From the NCBI RefSeq assembly GCF_009914755.1, contig NC_060929.1: a DNA stretch of 64,000 nucleotides; one strand, 5' to 3'. The stretch comes from the human T2T-CHM13v2.0 reference genome, Homo sapiens. The position numbers and the translations under genes were made by a program. Positions within the stretch are counted from its first letter, which is position 1. Every line of letters starts with the position of its first letter. Shown one piece after another: positions 25,845-38,278 of this stretch. Under the pieces are notes generated by a model. That model did not search any database and was not told where the DNA came from. It saw only the letters and a list, made by a program, of their open reading frames with translations.

Positions 25845-28800
25845 CTGACTCAGCTTTGACCTTGGCTTTTCTCCTGCTAAGAGATGTGGCCATAAAGCCT
25901 CCTGTGGTCATCCTACAGCCATCGGGGACTTAGGGAATGAAAGTCCTGTGCTATTGATGATGAAGCAGAAAGACAGAAAGAGCCTGGGGCCCTGATGACA
26001 TCATGAAGCTAACACCGTAGTCCACCTGCTTCGGGATCTCTTCTGTTACCTGGAAACAACAAAACTTTTAATTTGTTTAAAGCACCATCATTAGGTTTCA
26101 GTTAATAACTGATACATGCAGTTCTTCACTGAGATACTATGAATCCTTTTTTAAAAAACTGAATAATAAAACCATCACCGTCATTTAAATGGGGCTGTTC
26201 TAGAGAAATGCCACCGAGATGCCACTTTTTCCATCTTATTAACCAAAACACCAGCCTTTTCACCCTGACAATTCTAGGGTCAGTTTACTATTACCATGAT
26301 CATTTCACTTGCCTTTCAAGTAATGTCAGAGGCAAAAATCAGGGAGGGGCAGGGATTAGAAATGTTTTCCCCAATGGTGAGCCAAGCTGACAGCACGTGG
26401 GCCTGCTGCACGTGGACAAAGGGACACACCGAGTGAGGCCCGTGGTGCCAACAACCCTGTCGTGCTGCAGACTGGGCAGTGGCCACTGACTTCAGGGACC
26501 ATCTCTTGTCCTCTCTCCTCTCCCTCTCTGAGTCCACTCACAGCCTTACCGATGTGGCCGAGTAGACCAAACCCTCTGCCTCCTCAGGATGCTAAGGATT
26601 TACTGCTCTACGGGGGTGAAAACTAATTCCTTAGGTCCAGGTCAGTGCCGTCAGCTTTTCACAAACCAAGATTCCAGAAGATATCTCCCCCATTCCTGAT
26701 ACTGCTCCCAATAAAAGAGAAACATCACTATATGAAGATAGAGGCTGAGGAGCACTGAACATTGAGCCTTCACCGTAAGATGTTTTTAAAGAAATGAAGC
26801 TCTGTTCTATCTATTAGGTATGAGAGTAATGCCAACCATATGAACAAAGTGCTGCCTGGTGAAATTCCTTAGAAGACTTATGACAAATGCATATGAGAAG
26901 AAATGGTAATAAACAAGTATTAGTTTGTAAAAGTCCTGTTCACGCTGTGAGAGTAGGGGATGGGCGGTGTAGGATGCTATGGAAAAGGTAAGTATAAGCA
27001 CAGCTCTTCTATCACCTTGAATGAAAGACAGAGGGAAAAACGCCCTCTATGGCTAGAACAATGTCAGTGCTTGAACTAAAGGTTTATAATCTGGTCAGAG
27101 CCCCCTTTTAAGCAGAAGAAAAGCAAGCATCATTTACATTTCTGCCTGCTTGTAGGGGCTAAGTCATAAGCCATGTGCCAAAACCCTCATCTGCAGGATC
27201 AGCTCTGAAAAGAGAAAAAGAACTCTGCCAAGCATTTATCAACACCTGAAATTGTTGCTTTTCATTCCCAGAACTGAAGCTGTTTTATTGAATTTTTTAA
27301 ACCTGAGGTCCACCACTCCCCTCCAAATCTACAGGCCCTGCCTCGGGTTTTAAACCATTGCTCTAAGAAAGAAAAAAGATGCCAGAGATGCTATTAGTAC
27401 AACAGAGGAGTGGAGGCCTGAGCCCTCCTGCAGCCCAGCAGAGATGCCAAATGCTCCAGGGAGGAGCTTCGTGCAACCTTCCCGGACCACTCAGGAGAGC
27501 AGGGCTCCACAGGAAGGCCCAGCAAGGAGACACATCCAATCACCGATGCTGGGGCAGGGAGAGGAGGGATATGACAACAACAAGGCTGGACCCACTGCCC
27601 CAGGAGGGTACATGTCGGAGGCTCTCAGGGGTCCAGAGACCTGGCTGTACAGTCCCCTGGAGTCCCTCCTGGAGGGACAGCAGAGGGGGCTCTCAGGAGC
27701 CGTAGGTCGAGAGAACAGGAGAGGCGGCCCCTGGGCCTGGGCCCCGCAGTGTGCTCCACAGAGAGGACAGGAAGCACAGGCCTCCTGGGAATCACCATGA
27801 CGCCGAGAGGGAGAAATGGCCGGGAGTCCAGGGAGCTGCTCTGCCTCCAGCCGTGTGTCCTCGAGCAGGCTGCACTGCTCTTCCAGGGCCGTAGCAGGCT
27901 CCCCCACAAAGGACAGGGCTGTGAGCAAGGGAGCGGCTGCAGGACCCTCACAGCACCCGTGTCTATGACTCCCCCATTCCGCGGCCTCCACCGCCCTCCC
28001 CAGCGCTGACTCACTCTGGTGCCTTGTGACTGCTGGGTTTTCTTTTCCTGACTCAAAGCAAAATAGGAACAGAACAGTGGAACTCCAGACGTAGGGCCCA
28101 TCTTCCCTCCTTCCCATGTCACTGAAGCGGCTCCAGGTCCTTGAGGGAAGCAATGGCTTTAGCTTTGGCTTCCAGTCCGTCACCGAAGGCCCAGGGCCTT
28201 CTCAGCCCAAACAGGCAGTGTTTTGTCAGGAGGCCCCATCAACAGCAAATGGTGCCATGAAATCACAGCAAGCTCCTCCACTTCCAGCCACCTTGCCGTC
28301 CTGGCAAAACTCCCCGGACCTGCCAACATGTGTGGGAGCGGGTAGAGGCAGGGGCAAGGCCTGGGGAGAAACACTGCCAAAGTCACACGGCCGCCTCAAC
28401 TTCAGCTTTGCAGATCTTAGAATATTATTTTTTGCCCTCTACTGTAAGTTGACGGCAAAAACTTAAAAGCTTTAATGGCATTTTGTCATAAGCTGAACAA
28501 GTTTGTTGGAATGTACGGAAAAAACCCAACGACTTCTTAGGAGGAGAGAAAGCCCATTTTCTAGTGTTCTAGAACTGGTTCCATTACATTTTCTTCCTCT
28601 GAATCCCACAAGAGGAAATGAGGCTTCATCTGAACCCCAAGCCACGCCACAGGGTCAGACATCAAGGAGTGGTGTCGCCAGAGCAGGCCATTTGCCGAGG
28701 GGCTGCACGGACAGTCCTGAACTGGCACTACGCCGAGCGCCCACGTAGGCAGGGGCCTGGCCTTCCACCCACCTCCTCCCTGAGCAAATCAGGGAGGACA

Positions 28801-30461
28801 GACACAGACACTGACAGACAGACCCCCCTCAGATTCCCCAGATCTGGAGCTGCCTCCCTTCCCATCTCACCCCCTGCTGCCTGCCTCATCTCTCAGTGCC
28901 TCCCAAAGGGAAGAGGGGATTGTCCACGATGGCTAGTGTGAGGGGAGGAATAAAGGAGAGCAAAGACGACCTAGGACCCCCTCTCCCACCAGAGCCACAC
29001 AAAGCCAGAGCAGCCAGGGGACACTAAAGGGGCCAGGAGAGAGAAGGCCCCTCCCTCACCGTCAGCCCCCAGCGCTGTCTCCTCCCAAGCCTGCTCCACC
29101 TGCTAGCTCAGCTCCCACCCCAATGCTGATGCTGCAGTAGGTGGGTGAGGCTGAGACCCACTCCCCACCAAGCCTGTGGCTGGGGGCGCCTCTGGAGCTC
29201 CTATCTAGCCCCGACACTGCCGCATGGCTGTAGCTTCCTTACGGCAGGGGGAACACCTTGGGGAAGGGCAGGCTGTGGCTCCTCCCAGACCTGACCTCAA
29301 CATTTCACATGACAACAGGTGCCGGACTCTGACACGAACTCATAACAATCTATAGGTTAGTATCAAAATCACAAGTGGGAGCCCCCCAGTCTCAGAGTTC
29401 TGAGCATCAGAATAACTGTTTATGCCCTACGGGGACCTAGGCATTCTCCATGGGGACATGGGAGTCACATGGCGTGTGGGACACCTGTGCAGAGGTATTC
29501 CTGGCCTTTCTTCTATGAAGACCACCAGTCACAGCTTCCATACCAAAGCTAACTAACGCTTATCAGGAGCCCATATCAAGAACAGGCCAATGCAAGAGAG
29601 TCTCAAAAAGGCCCCAGTGGCTGAACGTGATCCCATGGAGAGTGGGGGGATCAGAAACAGCTAATGGGATGCAGAACTCATTTCGGGGCTGGGGAGGGGA
29701 GGATGCCGTACCAAGTGGGGCTTGGCCGTGGCACTGTAAATGGCTGTTGCCCCTACTGTCCAGATGCAAGCAGTCGGCCGGGCGCCCAGAAAAAAGACCC
29801 ATCCAGAGGAAAGCCCTCCAAGAAAATAGGCGAGTGTCACTTACTCTTTGCCTCTGGGATAAATCTCAACAACTCATAGAACCAACACAAGTTCTGGCCT
29901 TTTTCTCTCCCAAACATGGCCTTGTCTAATTTGTTCTCCAAGAGACCACAGAGCCCAGTAAGAACTCTGGCCTCTCAGGGAATGGTTTTATTCTTCCCCA
30001 AAGGGAAAAACTACCTACATCCTCATGAAAATTTTAAATGACCAAAATGATTTTTACCTCACAGTTTCCACATCTGGGCCATTCTTCTGCCCTTAGAATT
30101 CTCGTAAAGCCTATTCCATTATTTTAGGACAGTCTCAGTTATTCATCAGCTAGCTCAGGGCTGTGTTTTTCTGAATTAAGTCATTATGTCTATTATACAA
30201 TGTTCAGATTCTACCCAGCCATATGCATTTTTACCAGTAAAATCACAATATACAACACTTGTAATCTTGTCCTTATATAAGTGCCACCACCACCATGCAG
30301 CAAAAACGTTATAGGATGACAATATGACAAGAAACAGCTGTCAAACACTGGCTTTTTTCCAGCTTCAGCCAAATTCAACAAAAATTGAGCAGGGTAACTT
30401 CCTTGTGTGTCCGCCTTCAGTCTTCCTTAAAGCCCTGAAGATCACAGAAGCGCTCCAGCCC

Positions 30462-30612
30462 CTTGCTCCTCTAAGTGTGCTCCCTGGACCAGCAGCGTTG
30501 GTGGCACCTAGGAGCTTGTGAGAACTGTGGAAGTTCAGACCCCAACCCAGACCCACTGAATCGGAATCTGCATTTCACATTCACAGGCACATTAAAGTTT
30601 AAGAAGCGCTGC
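30462..30612. mobile_element. MER5A
   Basis: AAGTGTGCTCCCTGGACCAGCAGC...GAATCTGCATTT...TTAAAGTTTAAGAAGCGCTG. Confidence 0.8.
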
Positions 30613-32494
30613 TCTACGACTGTCCTCTTCCCACTCATTCCCTACACACATGCTCTGGCCCCAGATCTGAGATCCACCTCTGCTCCCTGGAGGCCACTGA
30701 AGCTTTCTCCGAGGGGCCCAGCTGCCATAGCAACATCACTCTGGCTGGCATTCCACCCACCTGGCTGCACCCTGGCCCCATCAGCTGCCTCCCTTGACCT
30801 GCCAAGGTGATGTTTGTCCCAGATGGTTAGAAATGTGCAAGGCTTCTTGCCCCCCAAAAATGGTTATTCGTGGGAAAAAAAAAGATCTATTTTTAGGTGT
30901 CAATTGCCAGCCCATCCTGGCTCACCCAGTCTCTCTCCTCCCGCTTTGCCCAATTAGAAAGATTATATTGTTTCCTGGCATACAATTCCAAGGGCATTGG
31001 ACACAGGCAAGGGACCTGGAGAAGAGATCCAAGAACAGCTCTTAGTGAATGGAAACAAGATGATTTCTGCTCAAAGCAATTTCCTCAGCACCCACTCTTT
31101 CCTCCCACACGGACCCCACGTTAAAGAGGCGCCAAGGCCACATGGAAGTAACAGAACACTAACATGTGCAAGACATATTTTTCACCCTCAAAATGTAACG
31201 GAAAGAAGGGAGAGCTAATCAGTTAACTCTCCCTTTATCCCACCCAAGTTGAAAGCTTGATATTCTAATCCCAACTTCCCAGATGATAGAGGTATACATC
31301 CAAGTTTATCTTAAGTGGAAGAGTGTGCATTAAAAGGATATAAAATGCGAAAGCTTCTCATCTAGCTCAAATTCTGACTTTTAGGGGAAACCTGGAAATG
31401 GCCATAAACGCATGATTTACCTATCTTGGGGCGCTACAGGGATGGGGAATGTGTGAGGCCATTTCCCTTTTCTTTGCTCACAGTAGATGGCACTACTTCA
31501 TCACAGTACTTTCCCCCACTCAGCCTAGAGGCTGCCTTAGAATCTTCTCAATAGAGCCCCTAGTCCTGCGGCATCTCAGCCATCTGCAACTCCTGAATCA
31601 GGATCTATGTTTTAACAAGATCCCCAGGTGATTCACAGGCACACGAAAGCTTATGAAAGGCTGATGTGGGCTGCAGTCACCTGATGTAGATTGACAAAGT
31701 GAGACACACTTGCTGCTCCTAGTCTGTTATTCTGGGGGTTCCAACGTTCATGTCTCAATTTCTACTCCTACTTCTCCAAAGATTTCAAACTGAAGCCTTA
31801 TATACAACAGGTGGCTCATTAAACATTTTTTTTAAATTAATAGCAAACATTCAAAGATTGGAGAATAAATGTAAAATTGCCAGGTTCTTTGCTTTTCTAG
31901 GGGGAAAAATCTCAGTGCATCTATCAATACTGGGCCCACATGTCAACGTGACAACAGGTGATTAGAGGTAAGAAGTGGCTGCTCTGTTAGACACAACACA
32001 GTATTCTAGTTTGTCCCAGTCTCCAATACTTCATATTGCCTCACACCATCCTGTCTTACTCATTCCTGCTATCTACCTGAATGTGTGACTATACCACAGG
32101 AGAGACTACAGTTGTGTCCAAAATCAACAACAACAACACCTGCCCATGACACCATCACCTGCATCTGCTTATTCTTTCCACTGACTCTGAAGGTGAGAAG
32201 CCACACCTGCACGGGCACAGTTTCACTTTCTCCATATGATCCCTGTGTGGGGACAGGAGCACCCACAGTATAAGCTGCCCCTTCATATAGTCCCATTGTC
32301 TTTGAGATGCACAGGTTGCCTCAGGTCTGCAGCCACACACCACGTATCCTTTGTACTGTCCAGTGACCTAGCACCAACCACACACCAGAAAGCATAATCC
32401 TTAAGAGCATGAGCCATAGTCTGCAACCTACTTCAAATTCCTAGCTCTGCTCTCCAATGGCGACATAATGACCCTAGGCAAGGCACTTGACCCC

Positions 32495-32884
32495 TGCTAT
32501 GGTTTGAATGATGATTCCCACCAAAATTCATGCTGAAATCCCCCACAAAATGGTATTAAGAGGTGTGGCCTTTGGGAGGTAATTAAGTCATGAGAGTCCC
32601 ACCCTCACGGATGGGATCAGCATCCTTCCAAAAGGGCTTGGGGTTGAAGGGAGTGCCTGTGTACCCTTCTGCCCTCGGCCACGTGAAGACACAACAGCAA
32701 GGTGCCATCTTGGAAGCGGATAGCAGCCCTCACCCGACACCACTGCTGGCACCTTGGTCTTGGACCTCCCAGACTCCAGAACTGTGAGAAATAAATGTCT
32801 GTTCTTTAAAATTACCCAGACTGAGGTATTTTTTTATAGCAGGAACTAAGTGAATTAAGTGAACGAAGTGAACCCCTCAAGACA
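32495..32884 (+). mobile_element. MLT1A/MSTD-type MaLR LTR inserted in a MIR (~32395-33030)
   Basis: TGCTATGGTTTGAATG...GGCCTTTGGGAGGTAATTAAGTCATGAG...CTCCAGAACTGTGAGAAATAAAT; ACCCC/ACCCT flanks. Confidence 0.85.
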
Positions 32885-35800
32885 ACCCTTGAAGCCTGTT
32901 TCCTTATCTGTGAAGTCGGAGGTGGCACTTAGCTTACTATTTCACTGACTTACTCTGAGAAATAAAAGATGGTAAAGTGCTTAGCATACGGTATATCGTA
33001 TGCACTCAGTTAAGGTGGGTACTGCTATTATTACACATGGTGCTCAACAGGTGTTTGTTAACTGACTTTTCCATCATCTCAGACTATCCCACCTTGTACT
33101 GAAACTGAGGACTTCCAAACCCCCCACACCATCACCCAGGGATGGGAATGAGGCTCTGCAGTCTGTGGGGTCTCCGGACAGGCTGCCCACATCAGCATCT
33201 GAGTTGGTGGGATGCAGTCCTAAAACCACATAGCCTGCTAAGCCACACTGGGCATTTTTCTTGCCCCACTAACAACTTCTACATGAACCAGGCAAGACTT
33301 TTGCTTTTTTTTTTTTTTTTTAAGTTAGCATTTTCATTTGCTTCCCTTCAAAGTTATTAAGATATATTTTTAAATTCCATTCTGGCCACACAAATCTCTC
33401 CCTTCTCTGATCTCCCACTGTGCTTGGTTAGGACCACACAGTCGAGCATTTAATGTTCTCTCAATATTTCATATAGGCTGTATGAGTCTCTACAAGAATT
33501 CTAAATGGCCTCCAGAGGTGACTGGCAGAGTGTGTTACCAATGGAAGTTTTTAGAAGTGCACACACGTACACAATTTTTCTTTCAGGCAAAACAGACTTT
33601 TTTTGCACTAGCAAAGTGCTAAGCAATGTAATCAACAAAATACATACTATGCCCATCAATACCCACTGCCTGTACGCTAAGAGACATGTTTTATGTTAAC
33701 TGAACTACGAAATGGAACTCTTCCAGTTTTCTTTGGTATAATAAATGAAAAAGGACTGAATTGGGTCACTGTCTTGTTTGTTTGTTTCCTTAAAAAGGGA
33801 CTGGAGATGATGTCTGTCTGGGCTGCAGCATTTTATCTGCCAATGCTGCAAAACTGATGGAAAAAACATGATGTATCTTTCCAAAAACAATGGTTTCATG
33901 CAAGTTCCTCCTTTCGGTTCCAAAATATCAGTCACTGATTGCAACAGGCCTCAGATCCTGGCCTCAGCCATCCTTTTTAGGAACCACCATAGCCTCCCAT
34001 TCATGGCCTTCAGAACACATAGGGCCACCAGCAGGAACTGGCAGAGAGGGGCCCCACACTGGTGATGGTAGGTCTCTGAGATGGGAGGCCGGAGAGATGC
34101 GTGGGAGAATTCCTGGCACCTGTGGTCCAAGGCATTTATTCAAGCATCCTGTCACTGCTGCCTCTCTGTAACCAGCTTTGACTTGTTGGAACAACTACCA
34201 ATGTCACTGCATTAACCACAGCCCTGGACAACAGCTCCTCCTCCTTGGGGCAGACAATGGCTTATTGAAGCGGCTCTCTGGGGCTGGTTTGGAATGAGCT
34301 GCTTGTCTGAATGAAAACAGCCCTGCTGAGCAACCCCTAACTTGCTATGGGGACACGGGGGGTTTTCATCCCACATTCTTGGCCTTTAACAACCAGGAAG
34401 CCCCAATGTCTGTGACTTACCTGTGTCCTTCACGAGTGGACAATGCTGACCTCTAGCAGTGCCAAAAGGAATTATGGAAGCGTTTTAAGCACAGCCTGAG
34501 GTCTCCATGAGGGAAAATGGCATTAATATGAGCATTAAGAACAAAGGAACAGAAAATCCTTTACCTCCCACTTAGAAGATAACTTGTCCCTTAATTAACT
34601 GCTTGATGTATCACCATTGAGTCAGCAGCCCCACGTCCCCAGCCATCCATCACCGCCACTTCACCCCAGACTCTAAATCCTCCGCCTTGAAAGAAGTCTA
34701 AGAAGACCTCCACTAGCCCGAGTGAAGCTGGGGGAGGTAAGACATTTGGGCAACTAGAGGGAGGGGGCGAAGGTGGGGACAGCATCTTCTAAGTAGTCAC
34801 TGACAGCAAAATAGGAACTCACTGACCAAGGCCCCATGGTCTTAGGAGTGTTTCCTCTGAAGTTTCCTGCCCACTCCTGAATTACCCAAAGCGCAGCCCT
34901 GGGATGTGGGAGCCACTGAAGAGGTTACAGAGTTCATATTTCAAACCGCACAGCCCACTTGCTAAAGCCGTTTCACATTTACTCTGGTGTGGAAAACGCA
35001 AAGTCAGTCCCCGGCCCAGTTCACTCTGTCAGGAGCTCATGACTGAGCTGGTCACAAAGATTTTGGGGAAGGAGGTGGGGGTCCCTTTCATAAACTCTTG
35101 CAGTGAGGTGTGTGACCAGCCTGCCACCTGATAAATCAGTTACTAAAACAGATCTCAGCCTTCCGGTGACTGGGGATCCAATAACACTCAAGAGGGGGAA
35201 GAACATAAAACATAAATCCATAAAATACTGTGCTGCAAAAGCCACACAAAAGAGAACTTTCAGTTCAGACTTGCATGGCAGGAAAATGGTCATAAGTAAA
35301 GCAGCCTTGGAGTGCCTGCGACCTGATTAGGAGGAGGGCAGCCGCTAGCTTGTGCCCACCTAGCCTGAAGATGGTAGAAGCCAGAACCACAGTGGTTAAG
35401 TTACATTTTTTTTATAAAAAGCATCTCACTTTAAAAAATATCTTTCTATGGTAGAAATAATGTTAGAATACCTAGAGTTTGAATTATGACAAGGGTCCAT
35501 TTCAAAAGGGAAGCCATTTGCAACTGTAGAATCCTTAAATTACAGGAATTTAATAGCTCTGTGACCCTTTGGATTTGTTTTAAAAGACCACTGTCATTAA
35601 GCTTTTTTTTTTTTTTAATGTCATTAAGCTTTTGTCCAACTCCTTCCACATCCTTCAAAAATAAATTCTCCAGCACTATGTGCCAGCTCTGATCTCCAGC
35701 AGGCCTCACATCACCCCAGGGCTGGCTTTCCCCAGTGGGGTCCCTTGAGAGGCTCCAGTTTCTGAATGGGAAATGCTGCTGTGACCACACCAGTAGGCCA

Positions 35801-36365
35801 ATCAAAGAAGCCCACTCTTACAGAGCTGCCACATCCAAGCGCCCTTGTCCCTTTGTCCCCTTTGTCGAATCCACAAGCAAAGGCTGCTTGTAAATGGCTT
35901 CCTGGGACTTCCAGGAATCACCCTAGTGGGCTTCTCCAGCTCTGCTGCTCTGCTTGCATCCCGGGGGCTGGGAGGCTCTGACAGAGCTGAGCCTTCCCCC
36001 TGATCTGGGCAGTTCCAGCCAAATGGATTTCCTGCTGAAGCCCACCTCCACGCCGTGCTCATGCCACCTCTTCCACCCTCATCTCCACATGCACACCTCT
36101 CGCCTGCCCTTCAAGAGACAGCTCAAGGCCACCTCTTCCAGGGAAGCCTTGCCTTTCAGACTGCTTCTCCCACTGAAAGGGGTCTGGTCTCTATCTGGGC
36201 CACTTTGATGGTATAGGTACTCTCTACAGCCTGGTGGACTTCAGAGGACACCTTTGCTCCCTTACTAGACAGTGCACATGCACCCTGAGGTCCAAATCCT
36301 CAGGACTCACCTTCACATCCCCTACAGGGCCTCACACTCAGTGAATGCTCCTTAAGTGCCAATGG

Positions 36366-36899
36366 TGATATGGAAGGTAGAAAGAAATTACTTAGGCAGA
36401 TAGTGAGGGTAAAAGAGTCCTCTTTTAACAAAACGCAGCCCAAGAAATTATTTTTTCCTAACAAAGAGCAGCCTGAAAAATCGAGCTGCAAGCAAAGACA
36501 GGCAAGCTGGAAGCTTGCATGGGGGAATGCCAGCAGCTGTGTTAAAGGAATAGGCAGCATGGTGCAGGCCAGGCAGAGAACCTACCTGCATAATAAAAGA
36601 TGGTGGGGGGCTACCAGAAATTTGCACCCTATGCAAATGGCACACCTGGTCCAACCAATCTTTTGTGCCCTATGTAAACCAGACACCACCTCCTCACCCG
36701 GCATCTATAAAACCCTTTGCATTTCACCGCAGATCGGCAACCTGTTTGGGACCCCTCTCTCTGCAACAGAGACAGCCATTCTCTTTCTTCTGCCTTTTAA
36801 ATTTCTCCTCCTAACCTCATTCCTTGTGTGTCCACGTCCTTGATTTCCTCAGTGAGACAACGAACTTCAGGTATCACCCCAGACAACGAGGCTGCTTCA
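36366..36899 (+). mobile_element. ERV1 solo LTR (LTR9-like)
   Basis: TG...CA ends; AGAAAGAAATTA.TTAGGCAGATAGTGAGGGTAA start; TATAAAA near 36706; 4-bp flanks ATGG/GTGG. Confidence 0.8.
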
Positions 36900-38240
36900 G
36901 TGGGAATCTCCCTGGGGCTCTGTCCCTACAAGCAGGGGCACAGCATGCATCCACAGAGCTCTCTGGGCTCCAGGTGGGCCTCCACCTGGCCATTCTCCCT
37001 CACTGCCCCTCTGAGAGAGTGCGGCACAGTAGGAGAGCCAAGCCCTCAGCCTTGTCCCTGAGAGAATCCTCAGACCCCAGGCCTGGCCTTCTGGCTGCAG
37101 GGATGAGGTCAGGAGCCGGCAAAGCCCAGGGCAGCCCCACTAGGGCTGCAGGTCCCAGAAATCCCCAGGATACAGGGGACCAAGGTGAGGCTGAAGAGCG
37201 ACCCTTTCCTCAGCAAGTCAAGTCACCTTCAGGAACACACAGCTGGAGGACTAAGGGAGACAGGTGAGATGTGTGTATAGTGACAAGGACAAAATAGGAA
37301 GATTAGAGCAAGACATCATGCCATTGCTGCACGTGAACTAAAGGCAGAGAAAATGACTTGGGACGGGAGGTGGAGGGGAGAGTCTGACTTTGCCTTTGAT
37401 TGTCTCTTGCAATTCCAGGTGGAGATAGCAGAGACTCAGAATGGTGGAAGTCAATCTACCTCCAGTGGCAGATATGCCCAGGTGAGAGGGGCAGGCTGGC
37501 AAGCACTCTTCCCTGGCTCTAGTGAAGGGCACTGAGGGAGTGCTGAGGACAATCACTGACCACCCACCAGTGCCAGGGCAGCAATGGCTTGACCTGCCCA
37601 TTCAGAGTCCCTTGTTATGGCAGCTTCCCACGTGGCTGTCTTCCAGATATAGTTTGTCCTCTTACTTGAAGCCCCCAACCTGTGAGAACTTCAACACCCC
37701 AGCTGCTGTAGACAGTAAACTCCAAGAGGGGATCATGTGTCTCTCCCACAGGCAACACTGCATCCTTGCACAGGCATCTGGCACACAGAGCAGGTCTGCA
37801 ATAAATATCTATTGCACGACACCTCAGAGGGTAAAGCAGAGCTCAGGTCTTTGGTTTTGCATCATTACAGGTAGCACATTTTGAACACAATATACAAAAG
37901 CAAATCGGCTTCAGCACTCCTGAATTGACATAGTAGGGGACAGGGGTAGACATAAAAAAAAATCTCTAAATGAAAACTAATAGTGGCTTTCTTATAGGGC
38001 TACCATTTTTACAGTAAAACTTTAGCTGGGAAAACCTCTGTTGTGATTTTTGTTAATAGGATGTATATGTAGCAGTTGTCTGAATCTTCAAGTAGCTGAT
38101 CTGTGCGGATGCAGTGACGGAGCCACAGCTTGCTGACCGCAGCAGTTTTAAAGTGACTCATCAGCAAGGTCAGGCCACCTTGGTGGGAAACTGGGGCCAA
38201 AGGCAGAAAAGTGTGCCAGGAAGTCCCAGGCCATCTTCTT

Positions 38241-38278
38241 ACACACACACACACACACACACGTATACACACACACAC
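38241..38278. repeat. Interrupted (CA)n
   Basis: Direct reading of the sequence. Confidence 0.92.

Noticed and set aside
27491-28183. Longest ORF in the window (230 aa, minus strand)
   Set aside because: GTG start, Pro/Ser/Ala/Gly-biased, GC-rich region with overlapping ORFs in several frames, no family resemblance.
33507-33525. CTCF-like motif TGGCCTCCAGAGGTGAC (and one near 20948)
   Set aside because: Only partial matches; cannot be supported without a PWM score or ChIP data.
36370-36843. 157-aa ORF
   Set aside because: Lies entirely within a solo LTR; no gag/pol/env motifs.
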